Shown in pieces: positions 7,626-18,816 of a stretch of DNA of 64,000 bases. The stretch's first letter is position 1; every line of letters starts with the position of its first letter. Below the pieces are notes generated by a model. The model had not been told where the DNA came from, made no database searches, and worked only from the letters and a program-made list of their open reading frames with translations. The position numbers were made by a program, and so were the translations under genes. The stretch is from a virus: positions 4,907-68,906 of the IMG/VR virus record IMGVR_UViG_3300009079_000021; one strand, 5' to 3'.

Positions 7626-10186
7626 ACCTTCTTCATGATAATGAAGAACTCTTCTCCATTAATAGTGACTTTTAATTTATATGCTGTCGGATTTGCGGGA
7701 ACAATAGCAAAATTATCTGATAAGGTTTCTCCTAAGTTACCATTACCATCGACAAATTTACTATTATCAACGGTAAGTCCATTTTGACGCAAATCTATAT
7801 CAATACTAGTAGAGAAGAATAGATCATTAATATTGACTCTAAATGAAGTGGTTTGTATTTTACCATCCACTGCTTCCCATGGATTATAATCACTAGAAAA
7901 TGAACGTGTCTTACCAGCAAAGTCAGATCTAAGATCATTAGTAATTTGTGAACCTGCATCACTAATAAAAATACCAGGTGATACATCTTCTGCTAATTGA
8001 TTATCATTACTATTAAAATTATCAGGATCAAATGCAGTCAGTAATCCATCAACGTTAATACTTCTTTCATAATATAAATCTGAGTCAATTCTATACTTTC
8101 GATTTTTTAAAAATGTAGATTGATCTACTGTGTTGCTAACATTATCAAGTTCTACTGTATATCCATCATCTACATTATAAGTAAATCCACCTTCTCTACC
8201 ATATCCTTCTGCTTGATTACCAGATTCAAGAATTTCAGGTGGTTCTAAATTACCAACATTTTCAATAGTTAGAGAGTCATCTCTCTTAAAGATAACATCT
8301 GGGAATAATGTTGTTGTAGGTACATTTTGACCAGCATATGTGGTGCTTTCATCTGATGTTAGAATATATGATTCTGCGATCAATACAATTTCTTTTTCAG
8401 ATGCTAATGTTGATCTTGGTTGTGTTCTAAGATAAAAATTATCTCTCCCATTTGCATCAAATATACCATACTCTACACCAGTATCATTAGAACCAATAAC
8501 AGGAAATGAACTGACTACCTGTAAATTGAAAATACTAAATGTTGTTCCAACAGAAAATCCTTCACCTGAAGCAACTACAATTACAAAATAATTTACAACA
8601 TTATCGATAATTGATGTAAATTTGTCTGCAATTCTATAATCAATATTTCCTTGATTATAAGAACTGCCAATAGAAACTGCAATCCAATTACTTTGATTTG
8701 TTTTGCATGTCATCTTTCTCCCAAACTTAGAAAAAGTATCAAAGATATTTTTATCAGATCCAGCTATTTTTTCATAGATCGTAAAGAATGGTTTTACATA
8801 TTCATCAGTAGTAAAGGTGTAATTAGGATATTCTCTTACTCTTACTCCGGTTGCAATAACATGTCCTAATCCAGTAACATTTACTTCTGATTGATTAATA
8901 GAAGTACTAGCAGCAATTGGTTCATATAATAGTCCTGGATTTACTACCGTTGCACCATCAGAGTTGGTAGAGTTTGAAATGTAAGTACGTAATAATGTAA
9001 TATCAGAAGAACTTGGATCTTCACCAATACCATCAATATTAATTAATTTCTTATTCAACCCTTCCATATATGCTACTAATGAAACAGGATTAGTTCTAAC
9101 AGCATCATTACCTGGTGCATTGCCTGCAGCAATATAACTTTGCACCCAAGTTTTAACATCATCAAGAAAATCTGCAAGTATTGTTTGATCAAAATTCTCA
9201 CTATTTATAAAGAATACTTCCAATAAATCAATATCAAAAGTAGAGAGAACTCCATCACCATCAACGTCAAATAAATTTAAATTAGTAGTAATATTTTCTT
9301 GGGCAAAGATTTTCCTGTTAATATCATATGCCTTTTCAGTACTATTATTTGAAGATATAAATTTGTTTACACCATTTTGTCTAAGTATATCATACGTTCC
9401 ATTTAATTTTTCACTTGTATTACTAATCTCAACCGACAATTCTTGGGTTTCTAAATCCGCAGGATCCCATGAATAATTTCCAACTAAAATTACTCTCCAG
9501 GGAAATCCAGTCAATGTTACGGTAAAACCTTGTCCAGGAACACCCGACAAATCACCCGGCAAATCACCTACAGTATAAGCTGAAGATCCCTCCTTAAATT
9601 GTGATACAGTTAGAACTTCTCCCTGTTTAAATCCTACAATATCATCACCACTTACTTGTGTAGTGCCGCTGCTAGTAATTTCAACAGAAGATATTTGTCC
9701 ACGAAATCCAGTAGAACCAGGAGCACCATCAGATACTATAACTGTTGCTTCAGCAGATTCAAATGTTCCACTACCACCTTTAAATTTAACTTGATAGGTT
9801 CCAGGTTCATATGATTGTCCTCTATCAAATGTAATATCATAACCTGCCAAAGGATTTGATATTACACCGTCAGCAGCAAATCCTACATATTCAAAACTAA
9901 AATCTTCAATTAGATTAATAGGTTGAATCTCAACAACATCATCATCTGTGTAATTAAATACACTATTAAATATAAATTTAGTTCCAAGTTCAATTGATTT
10001 TGCAGATTCTTCAGTTATCGCAGTATTTTGAAATCTATTAAAAAACAGTAACGATTTCTCAGAAGATAATCCTTTGAATACTTGTAAATCTTTTGCAGAT
10101 GTACCTCCTGCAAGGTTATTAATAATCTTTTCGCCATCAGTAACTTCAGCGAGATTTAATTGTTGTACAAAACCTTGATTTGCCAT
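7622..10186 (-). CDS. virion structural/fibre protein with dockerin/EF-hand-like Ca-binding motifs
   Basis: 854 aa; DVDGDGVLSTFDIDLL and NIDGIGEDPSSSDITLLRTYI motifs. Confidence 0.7.
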   Translation of the reverse strand: MANQGFVQQLNLAEVTDGEKIINNLAGGTSAKDLQVFKGLSSEKSLLFFNRFQNTAITEESAKSIELGTKFIFNSVFNYTDDDVVEIQPINLIEDFSFEYVGFAADGVISNPLAGYDITFDRGQSYEPGTYQVKFKGGSGTFESAEATVIVSDGAPGSTGFRGQISSVEITSSGTTQVSGDDIVGFKQGEVLTVSQFKEGSSAYTVGDLPGDLSGVPGQGFTVTLTGFPWRVILVGNYSWDPADLETQELSVEISNTSEKLNGTYDILRQNGVNKFISSNNSTEKAYDINRKIFAQENITTNLNLFDVDGDGVLSTFDIDLLEVFFINSENFDQTILADFLDDVKTWVQSYIAAGNAPGNDAVRTNPVSLVAYMEGLNKKLINIDGIGEDPSSSDITLLRTYISNSTNSDGATVVNPGLLYEPIAASTSINQSEVNVTGLGHVIATGVRVREYPNYTFTTDEYVKPFFTIYEKIAGSDKNIFDTFSKFGRKMTCKTNQSNWIAVSIGSSYNQGNIDYRIADKFTSIIDNVVNYFVIVVASGEGFSVGTTFSIFNLQVVSSFPVIGSNDTGVEYGIFDANGRDNFYLRTQPRSTLASEKEIVLIAESYILTSDESTTYAGQNVPTTTLFPDVIFKRDDSLTIENVGNLEPPEILESGNQAEGYGREGGFTYNVDDGYTVELDNVSNTVDQSTFLKNRKYRIDSDLYYERSINVDGLLTAFDPDNFNSNDNQLAEDVSPGIFISDAGSQITNDLRSDFAGKTRSFSSDYNPWEAVDGKIQTTSFRVNINDLFFSTSIDIDLRQNGLTVDNSKFVDGNGNLGETLSDNFAIVPANPTAYKLKVTINGEEFFIIMKKV

Positions 10187-10191
10187 TTTTA

Positions 10192-13100
10192 TTAATTAGT
10201 TTGAACGATCCAACCTTTGGAGTTTAACTCTCTTTTAATTAAGATACCACCAGTTTCAGTTATATCTTGACCATTATCAGTTTTCCATGCTTCTACTTTA
10301 ATTACAGTTCCTTGTGATGGAGCAAAACCTGGTTGAAATTCAACTCCTTTCTGGTTAGTAGCATAATTAAGTTGAACAATGGCATTTGGTAAAATAATTT
10401 CAACACCATCAATATACAATTTAGCAAAATTAATTGTATCGAAAGGTGCAGAACCTACAGTATTATTTTCAATATCTAACGTTTGTAATCTGAATACCAA
10501 ATCAAGATTAAGTGGATCTAGTTGATTAACTACAATCGTCTCCTCTCCAACTTTAGTTGTAATTGTAGTAGGAGTTATAATTTCACCACGTGTAGGTGCT
10601 CCCATACTATTATCAATTGAAGTTAAATTAATAACAACACCACCTCTCTTTGCACTATTATAATTTATAAGAAGATCTTCAAGAATTTTATCAATAGCAG
10701 CATCATTTAAATTATTATTACTCAAATCAAGAGATCTAATCCTAGTCATAGTTCTCAATGAACCTATAGGATACACATTCAAACTATTATTTTCTAATCC
10801 AGCAAATTGCAAATTAGGTGCAGAAGCAGAGAAATCTGGCACAGCACCAGTTAAACTATTATTGCCGACATAGAAATAATTTAATGCACCAAGATTACTT
10901 AAATTACCAATATTATCAATAATATTACCACTCGCATAGAAGAATCTTAATTTATTTAGATTGACGAGAGTAATCGTTCCTTTAAACTTATTATTTCTAA
11001 GATCAACTCTATACAAGTTAAGGTTACCATTAAATGATGGAAATGGAGTTCCATCATCAAATGCTCTTCCCCAACCCACACCATTGGAATACAATTCTCT
11101 CAATGAAGGAGCACCACCTGTAGAGAAAAATGATCCCTGTAAAAAATCACCGTTAGTATCAATTAACAAATAATTTAATAAGGGTAAACTAAATACACCA
11201 TCTTGAAATTCTGCACCAACATAATCACTTGTCTTATTAGTACCATCTTCACCCACATAATCATCACCAGCACCTGGACTATATGTGCCAATATTTCTAC
11301 CAAGTTTATTACTAAAGATCCTAATTGATGTTATTTTTTGAGCATCTTGAAATGTATCGTCCCACATAATGTAACGTCTGCCATGATCACCATTATTAAA
11401 TATAGCACCTACACCACCTGGGCGACCACCTTCAATATTAGTATATCTAAAATCAATAGATCTCAATTCATCATTACCAGTAAATTTAGGAATCATTCCA
11501 TCTAATCTAGATTTATAGAATCTTAAACTTCTAAGATTGCTGCATCCTTGAAGATTATAATCACTCAATGCAGTTGGAGTGGTAGTACCCCATAAATGAT
11601 TGTTTTGTGGTTCTGGTTGACCACCAGGAGCTAGATTTGACGTACCAGGAGATCTACTTGGAAATCTAGTATAATTACAGTTTAAATCAGTTAACTGTGT
11701 TTTATTAGAGAGACCTGATGGAATTGGAAGTGCAGTATCGGAAATAGATATAGTTTTAATCGCTGTCATCTTCAGGAATTTAATATCATTAGATGTCAAT
11801 GCTTCATTTTCACTAACATTAAAATATTCTAATGGAGAATTTTCAACACCCAATCCACCATCTGTTTCAGGATTCTCAAATGCTGGACTTAATTTAGTAA
11901 AATAACAATTGTAAACATTAAAATATTCTAAAAATAACAGATTTAACCTTGGTGTAATTTCTACGTTATTAATATATCCATAGTAATCTTCATTATAAAC
12001 GTCAACATACTTAGAATTACTAGTTCTATAAATTCTCCTAGCCCCTAGATCTTGTAGATTTAGAGATTTTAATCTCGGTGTCTTAGTATAGAAATCAAGA
12101 ACATCAACTTGTTCCTTATAACCTGGTATCGTTTCAAATGTGTCTGTAGTTCCTACTCTGGTTGGTTCTTTAATATAAACATAATATACATTACCTCCTC
12201 CAGTTGGAGTATATGTGTACTTATCGAAGTAAATGCCTTTAACATCAATTGATTGTGCTGGATTACCTATATCAAATGTAAAAGTTTGTTTTTCTTCACT
12301 GTTTAGAAGAACGCCAAGATACTCTGTCTGAGATACACTTAATGCTACAAAGTCATTTGCATCTAAGAAACTAGTATGTTGATTATAACAACCACGAATA
12401 TTCAAAGTTCTCAAATTTGAAGGTAATCTTGTCATTGAATGACTACCTAAAAATCTTTGATCTTCATCAGAATCAACATAAAATTTATTATTTTGTAAAC
12501 CTAGAGTAATTAACTCCGAATCATAACCAGTAACTGCAGTTTTTGTAGCATTATATATTGGTTTATATGCAATCTCAGAAAAATTAGGAAGTTCAGTTAA
12601 AATATTGTTAGTTAATGTAATAGTTTTAATACTTTCATATTTTACTTTAGGGAATGTTGCTAAACTACAGCTAGTAGCATTAATTGAAGTAATAAATTTG
12701 GGAGGGAAATAAACTCTCATTTCCCTTTCTTTAAATTGAGAAGAATTAAATCTAATTACAGATACTCGATTATTAGGAATTGGTCGGGATACAATTTCAT
12801 TACCATTATCAGTATCAGTAAACGTAAAGATAGGAGTCAATTGTATACCATCAACATTATAATCATTGTAACCAAACTGCATAGTTAAATTCTTAAATGC
12901 TGTGGTAAAAATCTGTGGAATACCACGCATTGCATACACATATCCAGGTTGCCCATTAACATTAATCTTAAGGATTTCTGTCGGAACTTCAGTATCAAAT
13001 CTAACTGGTTCTGGATCATCTATTACATTTAAAATTGATTCATTGCTAGGAACACTATATGTGGCACTTTGACCTAATTTAAGTGATCCTCTTACTTGAA

Positions 13101-13560
13101 CCGATGCACCATATGAAACTGGTTCGGTAGGATTTATCTCAGATCCACCACTCCATGCACTGACACGAGATGTTGAAATGTCACCATATTTTAAATCATC
13201 AGAAGTAACATCAATACCTTTATCATTTGGCACGTATTGATATCTAATGGCACCACCAGAGATGGCACCAAATGCTTCAAGATTACCTCTAGTTGGAACT
13301 ACAAAACCAGATGCTAGATTAATTAAATTACTATATTGATTAGTATCTGATTTCAATCTATCAATAAATCTAGTCAAATTAACATCAAGACCAGAAACTT
13401 GTTGTAATTCAGATCTTGAGAGAGATTCAGAAATACCACGAATAACTTCAAGATCTCTAATATCTAACCCTAAATTGTTTAGAGCGGTATTTTTTGATTG
13501 GATGTCTGAGAATGTATTTGCTACTTTTAAACCAAAAAGTATTGGATTATTAATTGCCAT
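10192..13560 (-). CDS. leucine-rich-repeat virion structural protein
   Basis: 1122 aa; many LxxLxLxxNxL repeats (e.g. IRSLDLSNNNLND, LNYFYVGNNSLTGAVP); KGWIV C-terminal cap. Confidence 0.8.
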   Translation of the reverse strand: MAINNPILFGLKVANTFSDIQSKNTALNNLGLDIRDLEVIRGISESLSRSELQQVSGLDVNLTRFIDRLKSDTNQYSNLINLASGFVVPTRGNLEAFGAISGGAIRYQYVPNDKGIDVTSDDLKYGDISTSRVSAWSGGSEINPTEPVSYGASVQVRGSLKLGQSATYSVPSNESILNVIDDPEPVRFDTEVPTEILKINVNGQPGYVYAMRGIPQIFTTAFKNLTMQFGYNDYNVDGIQLTPIFTFTDTDNGNEIVSRPIPNNRVSVIRFNSSQFKEREMRVYFPPKFITSINATSCSLATFPKVKYESIKTITLTNNILTELPNFSEIAYKPIYNATKTAVTGYDSELITLGLQNNKFYVDSDEDQRFLGSHSMTRLPSNLRTLNIRGCYNQHTSFLDANDFVALSVSQTEYLGVLLNSEEKQTFTFDIGNPAQSIDVKGIYFDKYTYTPTGGGNVYYVYIKEPTRVGTTDTFETIPGYKEQVDVLDFYTKTPRLKSLNLQDLGARRIYRTSNSKYVDVYNEDYYGYINNVEITPRLNLLFLEYFNVYNCYFTKLSPAFENPETDGGLGVENSPLEYFNVSENEALTSNDIKFLKMTAIKTISISDTALPIPSGLSNKTQLTDLNCNYTRFPSRSPGTSNLAPGGQPEPQNNHLWGTTTPTALSDYNLQGCSNLRSLRFYKSRLDGMIPKFTGNDELRSIDFRYTNIEGGRPGGVGAIFNNGDHGRRYIMWDDTFQDAQKITSIRIFSNKLGRNIGTYSPGAGDDYVGEDGTNKTSDYVGAEFQDGVFSLPLLNYLLIDTNGDFLQGSFFSTGGAPSLRELYSNGVGWGRAFDDGTPFPSFNGNLNLYRVDLRNNKFKGTITLVNLNKLRFFYASGNIIDNIGNLSNLGALNYFYVGNNSLTGAVPDFSASAPNLQFAGLENNSLNVYPIGSLRTMTRIRSLDLSNNNLNDAAIDKILEDLLINYNSAKRGGVVINLTSIDNSMGAPTRGEIITPTTITTKVGEETIVVNQLDPLNLDLVFRLQTLDIENNTVGSAPFDTINFAKLYIDGVEIILPNAIVQLNYATNQKGVEFQPGFAPSQGTVIKVEAWKTDNGQDITETGGILIKRELNSKGWIVQTN

Positions 13561-13563
13561 TTC

Positions 13564-16500
13564 TTACAATTGTTCGATATATGTAATGTTGATTTCGATG
13601 TCTACTGCAGTATTACCTATTGCTCGTCCAACAATAAATATTGCTTCAGTATTAACTACATCTGGGGTGAGAACTTTTCTATCAAATCCAAATACATCCT
13701 CTAGATCAAAGTATTTTGTCTCATTATTAATATATAGGGTCGTCAGACGACTTCCCGGTCTAAGAATGGATTCTCCTTGAGTATCAATATTTGCAGAACT
13801 TAATCTACTAATTTGTTGGAATGCTGCTGGAACTACATCATCATTTGGAATTGCACTATTTTGAACAGTGCTTCCCACACCATCAACATTTAATTGTCCT
13901 GTTCTTAATGAACTGGCAAGTCCATAAGTACATCTATCAACAGATTCTGTATTACCAGTAACTTTATTAATTACAGTATCAAAATTTCTTTTCCATTGTG
14001 GATTTTGAGTGGACAGGTTATTCAATTCATCAATATCATGCAATTCTGCACCTCTAATTTGAGCACCATCTCTAAATTTAAAGAAAGCATACATTGGGAA
14101 AGCGTCGAAGTTAAATACTCCTTGATTATTTCCCCCACCAGTATATGAATTTGGAACATTATATCTTCCATCTGGATCAGAATTAGAATAACCTCCAGAG
14201 AACCATGATACCATTTCAACACCATTATATGCAATAGTGAATCCAGCATTTGCTGCAGGAATTAGTAAATTACCATTACTATCTACTGAATCTTTAATGT
14301 TAATATCCACCCCATCATTGTCAAGAATTGGAATGATCCTATATGTTACTGAAGATTCGCCCGTTGCAGGATCTTTATATTGCTTCTCTTTCCCAGCAAA
14401 TCTAGCAATTTGTGGAGTAGCACTAGCAATTCCCCCACTACCGTCACTTGTATAGAAAAATTTAATATATGATAATGTGTTTTCAAGATTTATTGCAATT
14501 TGACCTCCAGTAGGATCACCGGTTCCTTCGTAGATAGTACCTCCACCCGATATTTTTAAAAAATAATTAGCACTATTTTTATAATCTTGGTATTCAGCAT
14601 CATCTGCAAAAGATCCATTCTCAAATTGATTCCTATCGATAGAATTAAGTTCTGAGGATTCAATTTGAGTAACTGCTTTTGTAATTGTATCTTGCTTTAA
14701 CAATCTTGCTTGAGCACATCTACCACTACTTGTACCTTTTGGAGTTGGAATTCTGAAATCCTCAGTAAATGGAGCAATTCTACCATACCAGTCCTCACCA
14801 CTTTCAAACCCAATATATGATACACTTGTATTATATGGATGTAAATCTAATGAAACTGTTTTATCATCACCAAGATTTATTTGTTCCTTAGGATATGACA
14901 CATAAGTTTCAGTTATTGGATCATATTGATAACAATTTTCAGTGTAAGTTTGACCAGCAGGACTAACCCAATTTACCAATTCGCCTGTTGCTTGATTAAA
15001 AGTAGGTCTAAAAGGAGTAAATCCAATTTCCCATTCACGTACATTACCAGTACCATCTTTAAAGTAATTCTGTAACCATTTTATTACTCCTGTAGGACCA
15101 GATAATGGTTGAGGACTTGCAACTATTGTACTCTTAACATCTAATTTAGCGTCAAATGTTTCTGTAGCAGGATCACCAAAGAAATCTGCTGGTGTAGGAA
15201 TAACACCTCCAACTAATGAAGATGGATTGATAACAATTTTAGAAGGATCTAATAATCTTTCCTCGGTGAGATTCCATCTATCACTGTTAATGTAACCTAA
15301 AATATTAGCAGTAGTAGGAAGAGAACCTACAGTATCTTCTCCAACATTTCCAATATAAGTATTCCACATTCTTGTGGTAATTACTTTAGATTTTAAATCA
15401 CTAATCTCAATATCATACAATCTTCTTTCAGTTTCATTTAAAATAAAACAAGGTTGTACTGTTATTGTTGTCCCAGCAATGGCAGTATTAGCAGTATTAA
15501 CCTCATTCGTATCTAGAACTGATAGTACTCTAAATCCAATGGTATCGACACCAGTTACTGTAAATTGCATTCCAGTTCCTGGAGAAGCAGCAACATCAGT
15601 CATCACATCAGGATCTACTGATAATACATCGCCTACAGTATAATTTTGTCCCTTAATTGTTGGAATTACAGATCCAATTATTCCATTAACTATAACAATA
15701 TCTGCAGTAATAGATGTTCCTGTTCCACCAGTTAAAGGTATATCTGTGTATGACCCCGAATCATATGCACTGCCACCATTAGTCACAGTACCAGTAACAC
15801 CTCTATACTTCATATCTATAATATGACCAGCATTCAATAGTGAAACTGAATTAGCATCAAAAATTTGATCAATATAATCACCGTTTCTAATGTAACTTAA
15901 ATTAGAATCCGAAGTGATAAATCTATTACCAGATTCTACATTAATAATTGAAATATCAATAGGTGCTAATGTTAACTTAGATGATGCTGCACCTAATGGA
16001 AGTTTCTTAAACTTTCTGCTAGAATTAAAATAACCATTAGAAATATCTGGCATGTAAAGATATGAAGATCCAGTACAAGCACTACACTTAGTAAAGTTAA
16101 TTTCTGCCATGGCATTTGTTTCACCAGGATTTACTGCAGTAGCAGAAATTGACATTGATTTTGGAATAATAATTTTCTTGTTAGGAATTTCTACAGGATT
16201 TCCCTGTGCGTCCTGTCCACCACTAACAATATTTGATTTAGGGTAAATTCCAAACAATGATACATAATTACCACCACCGGATTGGAATGGTAAATTTTTA
16301 ATATCAGATGTCTGAGAATAAACACTAACTGTTCCTTCATCACCACCATCAATATACATTGAAGTACCATACTTATACAGAACTTGTGGTTCATCAATAA
16401 GTGGTGCCTGCTGACTACCAATTCTCATTTCATATTTAAATCTATAGAATGGATCTCCCATAGATGGTTCTGATAGTTTGTTCTCAATAACAAATGTATG

Positions 16501-18813
16501 AACAACTACCCAACGTGCTTTTCCACTTTCAATTGGAATATATGCATATAATCTTAGACCAATAGCACCATACCAACCAAACTCAATCTTATACATTGTG
16601 ATTTCATCTGTTGTCAACAGATAACCACTCGGTCCATTACCATTTAAACTATCACCATTAAACTTCTCTCTGGGAAGAATAATTTCTTGAATACTATAAG
16701 TTCTACCGGCAATAAGTTTATTGTAATATTTTACTAAATCAATATCATCAACACCATCAACATCAGTAACACCAAGTTCTTGTCGTGTACTTGATGGTAA
16801 GTGTACATTAGATCTTCTTACAATATAGAAGTTTGCACCTTCTCTTCTAAATACATATTCATCAAAATCATTAAAGATACCCCATTCTGCATAATTACCT
16901 ACAGTTTCTTTGGTCATTGTTGCTCTAGTACCAAATGTATAACCACTAATACGTCCTGGTTGATACCTAAATGCCTGTCTAGATTGCAGCAATGCATACT
17001 GACCCCCAACTAAACCATATCCAGGTCTAAAATCAAGAGGTCCAGGATCTCCACCAGAATCTGGATCGGCAGAAATCCATAATCGATTTAACCATTGTTC
17101 TTGATATGGATTTAAATAAGTTGCAGGTAGTGAAGGATCTACACCATTATTAGGTGTTCCAGATGGAATAGAACCAGCACCAATACTAGTATCAGTTCCA
17201 GTTCCTCTTAACACTGGTTGTGCAGAATCTATATACTCAAAATTAATTTTTTGATTACTTACTGGATCAGTTAAAGTACCCGCAACAATAAAATTCCACG
17301 TTTCTGTCCATATAGAAATCTGTCTATAATATGTGGTAGTGCTATTACCATAGAATTGATTACCATAAAATGTTGCATCATCCCAAATATTAATTGCAGG
17401 TAAAAATCTTGTCAATAAATCAGCATACTTTCTCTTATTTTCTCCTGTAGCAAGATCTTTTGCAATAGAGAACCTTTCATACAAAGTTTTTCCTAAACAT
17501 AACCAGTTTTGCCATCTGTCCCAGTTAGTTTCATTAAATAATCCATTTGTATCATTACCGTCTGCATTAAATGATTGTGAAAGTGGTGGATATGGGAACG
17601 TATATGGAACTGGGAAAGAACTAATTCTTAATGCACCTTCATTACTAATCTCTTCTACTCTTGATTGATAGTGTGGTCCTTCTCTTTCAGTTTCTCTTTC
17701 ACTCCAAACTACAGGACCAATGTTATCATTATCAGTATAATATACAAATTCATCTGGATCAAATCCATAGGTGGATACATTAGAGAACAGTCCCAACTGT
17801 GTCTCAGCACGATCAATACCTAATAGAGAAGTACTAACTTCTGACGCTGAAGGAAATACTTCTTCAACTTTAACTGTGCCTGTTCTCGTTAACGTTAATA
17901 TTTTTTTAATTAATGATACAGGATTATCATCATCAAATCTAATTTCATTCGTTGGTTGCTTACTTAAAAAATAAGTTATAGTACGAGTTCCATTGGCCGC
18001 AATAACATCGTTAATCTCGTCAATGGTAAAAGATTCAATCTCACGACCATCAAGAGTACTTACAACAATTACTTCAGAATTATCTGGATCTATAGTTCCA
18101 GTGTCATTAATAAATCTAAAGTCAACCTGATTACTACTAACTATCCCAGAGGTATGAGTTGGTGCAGTAGTTCCAGCAGTATAGAATGAACCGTCATTAA
18201 AAGATCCAGCAATAACATCATATAAACGTATTGTTGCACCAGCAACAACATAGATTACCTGACCAAACTGATAGTTAGCACTTGACACAAATTCAGTTGC
18301 CCCATATCTAATATCTCTATAGATATCAGCACCTGTAGCAATTTCAATAGTATCTTTTTTTGAAATATACTTATATCCATCTTGAGGATTAGTAATTTCA
18401 ACATATGGTGGAATATCTCCACCACCTGGAGCAGCACCTATTTGGCGTCGTCTTAAATCAAAACTCTCACCAAATAAAGTAAAATCAAAAACCTGCTTCT
18501 CTTCAGGTATTGTAGGAAGCACAACACCTAACGCCTTTTCTGACGTAAGTTCACTAGTAACAAATCCATCGACAAGAGCGACCAGCGGTTCCCCAGCACT
18601 ATCTGTAAGTGGTGTTCCTTCAATATCTTGAAGGATTACAAATAATTCTCTCTGTGCTGCTGATCTAAATTTATATCCGATCTTAGTATCAAAGGAACTA
18701 CCCGATAATACCGTTAGATCTTTTGTATTTGCTGGGGAATAAAATTCATTTAGAATTTCATTACCCTCATCATCATATACTTTACCAAAAGAAGGCGTTG
18801 ATGTTACGGCCAT
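13564..18813 (-). CDS. large virion structural protein, paralog of 18817..23475
   Basis: 1749 aa; FRYQPGR, MYKIEFGWYGA and KYGTSMYIDGGD motifs. Confidence 0.75.
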   Translation of the reverse strand: MAVTSTPSFGKVYDDEGNEILNEFYSPANTKDLTVLSGSSFDTKIGYKFRSAAQRELFVILQDIEGTPLTDSAGEPLVALVDGFVTSELTSEKALGVVLPTIPEEKQVFDFTLFGESFDLRRRQIGAAPGGGDIPPYVEITNPQDGYKYISKKDTIEIATGADIYRDIRYGATEFVSSANYQFGQVIYVVAGATIRLYDVIAGSFNDGSFYTAGTTAPTHTSGIVSSNQVDFRFINDTGTIDPDNSEVIVVSTLDGREIESFTIDEINDVIAANGTRTITYFLSKQPTNEIRFDDDNPVSLIKKILTLTRTGTVKVEEVFPSASEVSTSLLGIDRAETQLGLFSNVSTYGFDPDEFVYYTDNDNIGPVVWSERETEREGPHYQSRVEEISNEGALRISSFPVPYTFPYPPLSQSFNADGNDTNGLFNETNWDRWQNWLCLGKTLYERFSIAKDLATGENKRKYADLLTRFLPAINIWDDATFYGNQFYGNSTTTYYRQISIWTETWNFIVAGTLTDPVSNQKINFEYIDSAQPVLRGTGTDTSIGAGSIPSGTPNNGVDPSLPATYLNPYQEQWLNRLWISADPDSGGDPGPLDFRPGYGLVGGQYALLQSRQAFRYQPGRISGYTFGTRATMTKETVGNYAEWGIFNDFDEYVFRREGANFYIVRRSNVHLPSSTRQELGVTDVDGVDDIDLVKYYNKLIAGRTYSIQEIILPREKFNGDSLNGNGPSGYLLTTDEITMYKIEFGWYGAIGLRLYAYIPIESGKARWVVVHTFVIENKLSEPSMGDPFYRFKYEMRIGSQQAPLIDEPQVLYKYGTSMYIDGGDEGTVSVYSQTSDIKNLPFQSGGGNYVSLFGIYPKSNIVSGGQDAQGNPVEIPNKKIIIPKSMSISATAVNPGETNAMAEINFTKCSACTGSSYLYMPDISNGYFNSSRKFKKLPLGAASSKLTLAPIDISIINVESGNRFITSDSNLSYIRNGDYIDQIFDANSVSLLNAGHIIDMKYRGVTGTVTNGGSAYDSGSYTDIPLTGGTGTSITADIVIVNGIIGSVIPTIKGQNYTVGDVLSVDPDVMTDVAASPGTGMQFTVTGVDTIGFRVLSVLDTNEVNTANTAIAGTTITVQPCFILNETERRLYDIEISDLKSKVITTRMWNTYIGNVGEDTVGSLPTTANILGYINSDRWNLTEERLLDPSKIVINPSSLVGGVIPTPADFFGDPATETFDAKLDVKSTIVASPQPLSGPTGVIKWLQNYFKDGTGNVREWEIGFTPFRPTFNQATGELVNWVSPAGQTYTENCYQYDPITETYVSYPKEQINLGDDKTVSLDLHPYNTSVSYIGFESGEDWYGRIAPFTEDFRIPTPKGTSSGRCAQARLLKQDTITKAVTQIESSELNSIDRNQFENGSFADDAEYQDYKNSANYFLKISGGGTIYEGTGDPTGGQIAINLENTLSYIKFFYTSDGSGGIASATPQIARFAGKEKQYKDPATGESSVTYRIIPILDNDGVDINIKDSVDSNGNLLIPAANAGFTIAYNGVEMVSWFSGGYSNSDPDGRYNVPNSYTGGGNNQGVFNFDAFPMYAFFKFRDGAQIRGAELHDIDELNNLSTQNPQWKRNFDTVINKVTGNTESVDRCTYGLASSLRTGQLNVDGVGSTVQNSAIPNDDVVPAAFQQISRLSSANIDTQGESILRPGSRLTTLYINNETKYFDLEDVFGFDRKVLTPDVVNTEAIFIVGRAIGNTAVDIEINITYIEQL

Positions 18814-18816
18814 TTA

